NCBI GenBank assembly: GCA_037379345.1
Contig: CM074523.1
Location: forward strand, 31,883,678-31,947,677
Direction: 5' to 3'
DNA length: 64,000 bases
Origin: Perna viridis
Lineage: Eukaryota
The notes under the pieces: model-generated
What the model was told of the DNA's origin: nothing
Seen by the model: the letters and a program-made list of their open reading frames with translations, nothing else
Databases searched by the model: none
In this document: positions 14,001-26,000 of the stretch, one piece after another
How positions within the stretch are numbered: position 1 is the first letter of the stretch
How the letters are laid out: every line of letters starts with the position of its first letter
Program-made: the position numbers and the translations under genes

Positions 14001-17000
14001 AAGTTAATGGGGCATTTCTGGTTTTGTGAACAAAACCATTGAAATGAAAAACCCAATTTTCCCTTTAATTATTTCCCTATAAAAACAAGTTATATACTCA
14101 TAAAAATGATAAATATGTCTGTTTCTTTTATCCTAAGGTACATGTATAAAAGAAGTATTACATTTAGTGTATGCCATGTACAGTGTTATTATTTAATGGA
14201 TAATCAACAGATGAAAATGAACTAAGCTGTTTCTCTTTTTTTTTACTAATGAATAAGTAAGGCCTAAATGTTGTCAGTATTCATACTTGACAGGAAATAG
14301 TCAAAATATGTGTTTAATTACCAAAGAAACATAGAGTATACCACGAGACTTCAAAATAAAGAAAAATCTTATAGTTACTGGAAAATTGATAAAAACTAGA
14401 CCTATTAAAAAAGAAAAAAAATCATTTTCATTGAAGTGTTTTAATTCATAGAGACATTAAATTAAATGATGACACTCCTTAACAGTATATTTTTCATTAA
14501 GAAATGCATTAATCATATAAATGCTGTATTTCAATCAAATGCAGTTTTATTAAAAAAGAATCAACTGAAATTTTCATAGACCATTTACTATAACACAGTA
14601 TTAAATACATCAAAAATTTAACTTGTAGAAAGTTTATATGTCTTTTTATAAGAAACTATTTTGTATTAAATGACCCATTTTTGATAATGGCCGACATAAT
14701 GATTTAAAGTGTAAAACCAAATTTTCCCTTTAATTATTTTATCATAAATCTTCAGTTATTGAGTCATAACAATAAATGGAAGTAATTGTTGAAAAAAAAC
14801 TTGATCTATAAACTAGAAGTTAACTTCAAAAGAATGAATTACAGTGGAACCTATATAAACTGAACCCTTTTTGGAGGGAATAATATGTTCATTTTATGCA
14901 GTTTTTCAGCGTACACAGGTTTAATATGCATTGAAAATGATATGAATGAACTTCTAAGAAGTTTAGTATAACAGGTTTCTGGTTTATTCAGGGTTCTGGT
15001 TTATTCGGGGATCTGGTTTATTCAGGGATCTGTTTATAAAGATTTCAGTGTAATTTTGCTACGGTTAATTAAATTTGACAAAGATGGTATTGACTTTATT
15101 ATGGTTGTTTAGTTGTTTCTTTGACTCCTTTTTTCCATATTCTGTTTGTGTATGCATTCTATTACATTTGTATTGATGAAACATGATATGGGAAAATGTC
15201 TCTTTTTACAAAGATTTATAAACTTAATATTTAAACTTCTTTATAAAAGTGTCAAATCTAAAGCCTATATATGTTTTATTATTCCAGAAAGTAACTTTGT
15301 AGTACAAAACATATTTTATGGTAGATTTTTATTGTGCCAGACAGCTATAAACTTTTAAAGATTGGGTTACTCGTGCTAAATAGGTGACAGATAGTACTTC
15401 ATACTGTGTGTCTATTATCGGTTGTTGAAATGGTGGACATTTGGGTGGAAACCAGGAACTGGTTGTGGGGAGGGGGTTAGAGAGAGAAGTGGGAGTATAA
15501 AGGGGGTTAAGAAGGACAAGAAGCTAAAATTGCAACATATGTTTATCATATGATTTTCATATGTTTAGGAGAACCATGACAAACATATGAAAAATATATG
15601 TTGCTGAATAATGAATTAGTTCATGATAAATAATGAAGTAAAAATCATTTGGTATTATATGTTTTCAATAAAATTTCATGTATGAAAAGGGTATGGTTTT
15701 CATATAGTTTTGGAATTTTTCCTGTATTCTCCATTTGCTTCACGTTATTTAGGCACCGTGATATTCTATGAAAATCAATTCTACTCTATTGCTCTGTTTA
15801 CAGAATGTACAGTCAGATTTTGAAGAACGTGCTATGTACCTCACAGAGAGGAAACTTGTGTTTGACAGTATGTACCGAGAGGAGGCCCTCAAAGTTTCAG
15901 CAAGGATGCATAGGGTTTGTTGAACTGTTTTTAATGTTAAAGTTTAGAGGGCTCTTGATCACTAAACTGTCTGAAATTAAAATTGTTAAGAAATTATAAT
16001 AACATACTTAAATGGAAACTTACCAAGGAATGGTGTTCTAGTAAGTGTTGCAGTGTTCTAGGATTCCTATTTCCCGTTACCCGGGGCAAGTGAAATTTGG
16101 ATTAGGGAAAGTAAGGTACTTAGTTACACTTTCCCATGGCAAGTTGAAAACTTCATATGCTGTAAGGATTTGTTATGTTAGGAAAGCAGTCATTGACTGT
16201 GGGAAAGTTGATTTTATATGGATTTTTCCCGAGGAAACTTCAATTCCTGAAAAATACTAGAACACTGTGATGTGCCTCCTTCAATTTATTGGGAGAATAC
16301 TGACCACTAAAAATGAAAGTGGTTACAAATTAGTAGCAGTTAACTACTTATAAATTCTGGATTTCACTTTTATCTTTAACCACCTTATTGTGCCAATTTT
16401 CACTCCTCCTCTTATGTTCCATGTTTAATATTGTCTGTTGTGTATTTCAGGACTGTGTATATGCTATGCGAGAGAGTTGGAATTGGCTCAGATTGGTTAC
16501 ACAGTGTATAGAAACTCATATGAAGAATGCTGGTGATTATCAACAGGTATATTAATAACAAAATAAACATGATTATACCTCCACTTATCCAGTGGATGGT
16601 CTGTTAGAATCACCTTGTCTATCCTTCCCTCATTCTATCCTTCTGTCACAAATTTTTTACAAGTGTCTGGACTCCCAATAGATGGATCGATTCAAATTTG
16701 GTATACTGGGAAAGTACTTTTATTTGTGGGTACCTATATTTGTGTTTAAGGGAAAACTTATCAATTCGTCGATTCTTGAATTCATCGATTTGACAACTCT
16801 GTCAAACAAGTGAATGGAAAATTTCCATTCTGTTGGAAATCAAAATTTGTGCTTTACCAAACCCATGAAAACCACAATAATTGGTACCCCACGAACAATA
16901 CTACTTTAACAATATTTGGTTTCATATAGGTAGGGCATACTACATTAATTATTTTAGTTGCTGAGTGCATGACAATGTGTGTAACTTCATGTTCAACCAT

Positions 17001-20000
17001 TGTTTTTCATTTGCCAGCTGTGAGCTCTTTAATATATAGAAATTGGTAGAACTTTATTTGAAAATGTTCATAGTGACAAATTGTAATGGTTTCCTCAGGT
17101 TTCATAAAAATAAAGTCTTAGTCATAGTAATGATTTAAGAAGTCAAATAAAATCCTTGACATTAAGTGGTTGGAAGACTTTGATAGGCCTAACCTTACAA
17201 TGTTTTTATGTTTCTGGACAGGAATCTATATAATGCATATTAATTTAACTAAAATTTGATCAAAACTAGATCTGATTTATTGAGTATTTTAGGTGCTTTT
17301 TTTGGAATGAGATTATATTGAATTGCTCTTTCAATTTCCATTAATGACAATTACCTATCCCATATTAAAATAATCAATCTATGCTGAAAATCAGGGAATG
17401 ATGCAGTGATGCCCTTTAGATTGAACACTGTATAAACTTGACCATACGTTGTTTGTTTCAGTTTTTCTTTGAAGTCCAGTCAATACATGAGGACATGCAA
17501 GGATTCCTTACCTTACTAAACAATGGGAAGATGAGAGCCCACTTACAGCCAACTAAACCTGAAATTATGATACAATACTTTAAGGTTTGTTATACATTTT
17601 ACCTTTGTTTACAGTTACAAAATTCTGTTTTCTCTTTGTTCTTGAAGTAGTTTTACTTTTGAAAAGTTGAAAAAATAATTGATGTTTATTGTATACAGTT
17701 ACCAACCTATCCAAACAGGCCCCAGGATCATCTGAAAACCAAACAAGGCACATTTTTTAGTCCCATTATATTCATTCAAATGTATTTTGAACTTTGGTGA
17801 CCCAAACACCTGTCTAAGAAAACAGTTTTTAAAGTCAAGTTGCTTACCTGTTAACCATTCCTCTTTAGGAGGGAGACTCCCTCTGGGTCAATCTCCCTCT
17901 TTGAGAAAATCTCCCACATGGAAACATAAATCTACTTCTTTCCCAAATCCCCCCCCCCCCTCATAAATATCCCTCTTAGCAGGAATAATGCACAAATTAT
18001 GTTCTAAATGGTTTATTAAAATGATATAAATATAATGTTTATGTAACATAATAATCATCGAGTAAGAATCAACAAATAATTAATCCTTTTGATGTATAAT
18101 ATTAAATTACTTGGATTAGAAACCCTTTGTAGATTAACAAGATTAATTGAATAGATTTTATATCTTTGTCTTATCTTTGTACTTGGATTTCTAACAAAAT
18201 TTTCTGCAAAAATAGGTCTTCACGCTAAATCTCTCTATTATAAAGCTGAAAATAGCGCGATCACCCTCTTTGAACATTCAAAAGGTTAACAGGCATGAAG
18301 TTAAGGTTCACTGCTTTCACTGTATTTACAAAGGTATCATATAAGTATTTTAAAAACTTGTGTTCTGAAATACTCACACTTTACATTGCAAGATAAAAGT
18401 TCATATCTTTGTGCCAAAAAAACATACATCACCTTTTTTTACAGGACATCACCAACAGGCTTCTAGACTACCAGGGTAGAGTTGAAGACCTAAGTCAGAA
18501 GAGCACCACAATCCACCCAATTCATCTGAGAAAACAGACCCCTGTCTACCCACTGAGGGCCAAAGTACTGATAGAATATTCAAATGTTGAGGTAACTTGT
18601 GCCTAATGTACAGTTATCTATGGGCACTTTCTTTATAGCAATTTAAAAACAGAATTTAAACTATAATACCTTTTGATAAAATCAAGCTTTCAAATCAGAC
18701 AACTTGTAACCAAATTCAGGGTAAGTGACAATCCACTGCCAAATGAAACTGGGCGATATAGATCCTAAGGGAAAATAGATTATATAACGAAAATAGGTAT
18801 GGTGTATATGTCAAAGAGACAGAAACCCTCACATGGATGACAATGTCAGCTCAAGGCCAACAATTGGTCTTCAGTGAGTGACAAGGAAATCCTCCTTCTA
18901 CAGGGCAGCCTGCAGTTAGCCCCAAAACATCAATGTACTCATAGTAATAAAATTGATGATGGGTTTTATTTTGTTATTGAATGTGAATAAAATATGACAT
19001 TGTGAGATCAACTTTTTTCTAGGATTATTAAATTTTTTTTTTCTGAAATAGGGGACTTTATACAGCAATCTATAGAATTGAAAAAATGAGGTCCATGTGG
19101 GTCAAGAGTTCACTACATCTAGATGTTAACATTATCTCCTTATATTGTTTAGTGTGTGTTTTTTTGCTTTTGTGTTTATTTGCTTGAACCATATGGGTGT
19201 AATTTTGCTTGAACCATATGGGTGTAATTTTGCTTGAACCATATGGGTGTAATTTTACTTGAACCATATGGGTGTAATTTGTCAAAGAAATAAATAGAAG
19301 TAAATTTAATCTGACTTTGCAGATTGGAATATTGTGGTATATCATGGTTTACTACTTGTTACCACTACATGTATCAAAAAGTTATATCTTTTAAGTACAA
19401 TTCTGTCTAAGATTCAGGCAATGAGTGGCAGATCATTTTGCTCAGTTTGGTCTTTTTTGCTGTAGATATTTTTTGACTGCTTATATAAGGAAAAATTTTG
19501 GGAAAATTTTCCTGTCATTTTTCCATAGTGCATTTTAACTGAATTTGACCTATCAATATCTTAAAAAGGCAAAGTTTACAAACACTTTGACAGTAATTTC
19601 TTGGGGTTATGAGGTATAAATACTTGGATAATGCAATAAAATCTCTCTGTATTTTTTTTCATGTGCCACACCTTATACACAGTTTGTCTGATTCGTAGAC
19701 GGAGGAATACTTAAATTCAACTGAAACCTGGGTAACAGTAGTTTTGAGAAAATTGGCCTAAAAAAATTTGTTTAAGAATAAAAAGTACCTAAGCTTTTAC
19801 ATAGAAAAAAAGAATGGATATGGTGACACAAAACAAATGCACCATGGTATTACCTGATTATAAAATAGTGAATACTTTCAGAGGTCATTAGAAGGTTTTC
19901 AACTAGAGTAAATGCATCTTTAAGTAAGCTCTGAAAGGCCCTGGTAAACAAAGGTAATAAATTCACAGTAACTGAATGATGACACTTCATCAAAATTAAA

Positions 20001-23000
20001 ATGAAAGGTTAAATAATGAAACAAATACACAATAATGACCAACTTCTCCTGCACATGTCTGTGATAATTAAAATTATGGTCTTATATCTTATATAAATGG
20101 TTATTTCTTTTTATTTGCAGATTTCATTGTCACCAGGAGATGACTGTATCATTTTAGACAACTCAGATCAGGATAAATGGCAGGTTAGTTTATATAACAA
20201 TTTCTCTTCAAACTTTGTTTGTCTCTGTGTCTGTCTGTCTGTCACTTTTCTGTAGCAGAATTCCTCTGCAACTTAATACTTTGACACAAGCTTTATATAG
20301 GTAAGCCATATAGGGTTTTGAAGCCTCATTTTAGTTTCATTTTCCTTAACAGAATTTTCTATTGTAGACTGTATTGAAATTCAAAGTCCAATCTGCATTT
20401 ATTTGCTTACTTCTGGGATCTTGAAAGGCTGCATTACAATGCAAAATCTTTTATTGCTTTTTTTAACACTTTTATCACGTACATATTTGTATTTGTCACT
20501 TTTTATTAGTACTTTATTTGCTTTTGTTACTTTGTATGTATTATTTTATTTTAATGTTCTTGTTGTAGATGTCTGTTTTCCATGTCTGGTCTTTGTCCCT
20601 GGATTGCTTTCTTTTGATTTCCACTAGAACCTTGGTTCCCTTGATTACCCTTACAGATAGATGTGTTATATTTAATACTGAACTCAACACTTTGTAATCG
20701 ACAAAGTTTCAATTCTCGTGAAAACACAGTTATGTGACTAGACTATACCCTGTTCTGGAATTTGATTAGGATACTACAATTTCTTGTATGATGACTGAGC
20801 TTATTTCTTATATCAATCTATTAGTTATGTAGGGCTAAGGAGGTATTAATGTTGGGCATTGTCTCCAAGGTTTTTGTTTCTGTTGCCAGACATTAGATTG
20901 ATGTCATTTTCTTTTTTAAAAAAGAATTTCAAGATTTTTTATTCAAGTTTTATGAAAACTATTAATTACTCTTGAAATATTTTTTTATGAAATTATTTTA
21001 CATCATAGATCAGAAAGTGAGATGGAACTTAGGCAAAGGTACTTGGTGTGGTCCTTGTCTTACCGCCTTCTGATAGGACAGCTATTTATATTCTTAATAA
21101 TTTCTATTTTCAGATCAGAAATTCAGATGGTACTGAGGCAGAGGTTCCTGGTGTGGTCCTTGTTATACCCCCTCCTGATAGGAAAGCTATTCACGAAAAT
21201 CAAATGTAAGATAACCTCAAATAAAGTTTGATAGAATTAATTTCTACAAATCGTTGTTATGTGTGTATATCATTGCTCCACACTTACATTTTTGTAGTTT
21301 ATTTATTAGGATTATAACTCAAGTGGCTATTTTATATCTAAGAAAGGGTATTGGCAATTCTCTAATTGTTAATGAGATTTTGAATTTAGATGAGACATAT
21401 TAATCTTTTGTGGAAACTTACTGTCATTTTATGTTGTTGATGGGATATTACACAGTGAAAAAAAAATTTGTATACATATAGTTATTAAAAGACAAAGAAC
21501 ATTTATAGGTTATTATGTAATGTGTTCTTGCTAGAAATCAAATATTGAATAAATGATCTTTCTCTCAATTCTAGTCTTTGTAATGATGCAAACAAAGCTG
21601 CGTATCCTCTGTGACCGTAAAATGTTTCACGTTATTATTAAAAATTTTAGCTGACAAAAATATTCCTTATTAGATTTGATGTATCTGTCACAAAAACTGG
21701 CCTAGTAGTTTCAGATGGTATTAACCAATATGATATTTTTTTCAGATTAAGGGACCAGCTATTGGTCAACTGGGATACAACAAACAAAAGACTGAGTACC
21801 CAACTCACCCAATATCTCACTAACTCAATCAAAGAAACTCCTCCATCTGATGTAAGTATCAACTCGCCCAATATCTCACTAACTCAATCAAGGAAACTCC
21901 TACAGCTGATGTAAGTATCAACTCGCCCAATATTTCACTAACTCAATCAAAGAAACTCCTACAGCTGATGTAAGTATCAACTCGCCCAATATCTCACAAA
22001 CTCAATCAAAGAAACTCTTACAGCTGATGTAAGTATCAACTCGCCCAATATCTCACTAAGTCAATCAGTATAGGATAATCAAATGTTTACCAGAAATAAC
22101 CAAAATATTATCACTCATGCCGTGAACTCTTGAAGATATAACTGATGGATGGAAAGTTCCATGTACTCCTATAATCTTTGGAAGATTTCTTTGTAATTCA
22201 TGATGATATATTTGTTATTCTCACCCTTTACAATTATTGTATTAATTGCTTTGATTTGCTGCCATCAAAGGCTGTTGCCTTCTTCATATTGCAATTTAAT
22301 TTTTTTTCCAGTTAAAGAAACTGTCAGCACTGCAAAAAGCTGAACTGATGAAGCTGATGAATGAAGCTGTGGAGTTATTAAGGTCCCCAAACAAAGATGA
22401 TCCAAGCTTTCAAGAGATGGTGACCAGTGTTACTAACTTTCGCAAGACCCTGAGTCAAAATAAACCCGGCGACAAAGATGTGAAAAATGCATCAACTCAA
22501 AAATGGCATACAAATGGAAGAGTTATGCTTCTTTATAAGGTGTGGTATTGTGTGAATCTAGTATTATACCCCCTCCAACTCATTGAGTGGCCTGTATATT
22601 AGAAACACCTCGTCTGTCTGATTTTTGTCACAATTGTTTCAATTCTAAATGAATGGATTGATTTCAAATTATTTGTGTGTATAGATAAGGCATGCCTTGT
22701 AGGTGTTTTTTGTTGCTTTCCAATAGCAACCTCCTGTATGAGTGGGGTATACTTAACTTCATGTTTTTAATAGTCTTTATCATTGTCCTAAAATATTATA
22801 CATTTTATAAATTTCAGAAAACTTATCAACACTATGCAAAATTTACAATTTTAACTTACTCTTAATTTGGTTGTCATGGTTATAGTGAGTAGGAATTATT
22901 GTCTTTTTTCAGTTTTTAACAAGAATTCATGAAAAGTTAAACCCACTAGTAACATATTCATACAATATTTTAAAAATTAGTGCCGGTAATTGAATCTATA

Positions 23001-26000
23001 TGAAATGATTAATACCGGACTTAATAGATTACTCTCCTTTGTTTGATTTCACAAAATTTATACAAAAAAGTATGACCTCACAATATTTTGATATATTGTG
23101 ATGTCATAACTTACGACTAGTTTACACAGGATTTTTTGTGAAAAGGACTGGTTTATACCTGTTTTTTTTTTAAGTATATATCCAATTTTATTGTACACCC
23201 ATTCCAGGAGTGTGTTGTATATTTTTTAAATCAACTTGTATGTCTGTTCATCAGTCATTCCATCTTGCAGAATTTCTTGCAATTATCTTGGCTTCTAATT
23301 GATAGATTGATTTCAAAATTAGTGTGTGGCATTGTATATATGAGGCATACTGTGAAAGTACTTTAATTCATGGATACCTACTTTTGTGGATTATGGAGGA
23401 TACATAAATGCATGGATTCTGGAATTCGTGGTTTTGAGGTTATCAGTACACACATCAACAGGAATCTCCTTTTTGTTGGGAACCAAATTTAGTGGTCTAG
23501 CTCACCCACGAAAATTTGTACTTCACAAACAATTATATTTTCACAGTACTTTGTAGGTGATTTTGGGTAATGTTCAATATCATCTTCCTCAGCCATTGAA
23601 CATTATTCATTATATATGTGGAATAATAAAGAATAGTTTCATTGCAAATGTCTCAGCTCTCATTAGAAGGATTGCTTTAAAATTTGGTGTGTGCTTTAGT
23701 TTAAATGTGACATATGTTGTAAGTGATTACTTGTGCTATTCAATATAAGCTTCCTGTATGAGTGGAACTTCATGTTTTGTTAGATTTGTGACAACGTGAG
23801 TTCAATAAGTATATGAGGAGGCTGTATACAAGTTTCCTATATATTACAAAAATAATAGAAATATGTTGTATTTTTCCAGGACTTCCTGACCTATGGTAAA
23901 TCGTACAGAGATGATGTACAACAGTCTCGAGGACAGGAGAAGCTAATGATCAGCACGGAACAGGGATATATGTTCCAATCTAAAGCTTATTTTGAAAGGT
24001 AAGTAATCAAACATAATGAAATTAATGAATACTGCTTTAATTTTGAAAATCATGGGCAAAGAGAAAAAAAAAATGGAAAAAGCTTTGCGAGGCTTAGTGA
24101 GGGTATAACAATAATAAATACAAGTAGCTACATGAATTCTCATGATAGTTGTGACATTCTTCTAAATCATAATAATCTGCTATTCTAATTTTTGCTCCAT
24201 TTATTCAGTTATAATGTTAAAAAGATACTTTATTTTCACATTTAAAATAAGAATTGATATGCATAGATCTACAATGTACAATCAGGTTACATCCTGTGAA
24301 AATTGGAAACATGCATGCCAAAAATAACAGTATCCTCACTTGTAGAAAGCTTCATTTATTATCAGGTAAATTTTAACCTAATCTTTTTTTCAATATTTTT
24401 CATTTTAATAGGGTGATTCCCATTGTGGATGTGAATGTCAACTCCAAAGAGGCCATTTTGACAAACTTTAAAGCAGACATGATCATTAATGAACGTCACA
24501 ACGCAAAAAGACCAGTGCCGCCACCTAGGAAAAAGAAACAGAACAGACGAGCATCGTCAATGCCCTCTGGTGGGGACAGTGTGAAGGAGTTACAGGAAGT
24601 GTATGAAGAAACAAGACCATTCACAATTGTTGGTGTTGTGGATCCCAAATCAAAACAAAAAATGTCAGTGTTTCAGGCCATGTCTAAGGGTATTTTAGAT
24701 TTGGCAAATGGAACTTTCACAGATCCATCCACCAAAGAAACAATGACGATTCCTGAGGCCATTCATAGAGGATTTATTCAGGTGGATTTTAGTGAAAATC
24801 TCACCAATGGTGATGATCCTGATGGATTCAATCCATTGAGGAACTGTTTGGATACACGGGTATTTCCAGTTTCTGGGGTCATTGACCCTCGAACTGGTGA
24901 GTTCATTGGGGTCAGACAAGCTGTGAATGCTGGTATACTCAACCCTAAAACTGGGAAGTACAAAAATATTGTAACTGGGGAAGAAGTAGATTTCATGGAG
25001 GCTATCCAAAATGGCTACCTTGTTGTGGATCCTGCCATTGTCAAGGAAACAACAGAAAATGGTGTTTACACTTTTGTTGATTTAGTAGATGCATCATATA
25101 AGGTTAACGTTGTGGTTGATCCAAATACTGGTGAGGAAATTCCATTAAAAAGAGCAATTCAGGATGGCATTGTTGATATTACTAACTCTATTTACCGCAA
25201 TCCAAATACGGGTGAAACTATGTCGCTTGAAGAAGCTTTAAAACAAGGCTTAATCAAGGCACAACCTGCCTCTGCATCTGATATTGATAAAGGTGATGAT
25301 ATTATTTCAATCAAACAGCTTCAAGTCAAACAACAAAAGTTTGTCCCAGGTGACGAGCGTCTGTCGGGAGGTCTAGACAACATTGATGGATGGAAACCTG
25401 ATCAAAATCAGCTTATGTTTGATAAAGTACAATCTTCGATGGATCCAGATTCGGTCATGGTTATTGACCCCACTGACAATGCACCAATATCTTTGACAAA
25501 AGCTTTCGAAAAAGGAATTATTGATTTTGCCAAAGGTGAATTCCATCTGCCCAATGGTGAGGTGCTATCTTTGGAGCAGGCTGCTGCTAGAAACCTGATG
25601 GAGCCTGAGGTACTTAAAGAACTCATGGATGTCTATCATAAGTCAAGTTTAGGAGAACTTTGCAATAATGGAAAGTTTGACCCAGAAACAGGTCTTGTCA
25701 CTGATCCTCAAACAGGAACAACAATGTCTTTAGAATCAGCTGTTGCTCAAAAACTTGTTGACCCAAATCAAATTTTTATCTATGATGTGCCTTCACAGAA
25801 ATTAATGAGTCTTGCACAAGCTATGGAAGAAGGTAAATATGATTTGACCTCTGGAAAATACATTCATCCTAAAAGTGGAAAATTAATGACCTTAACAGAG
25901 GCACAGGATGCTGGCATTGTCAAGTGTAACATTGACCCAGGAGAAAGGTGCAAAGTTGCCAAAACTCTTGAAAGATTGAATAAACTCATGGATACATCTG

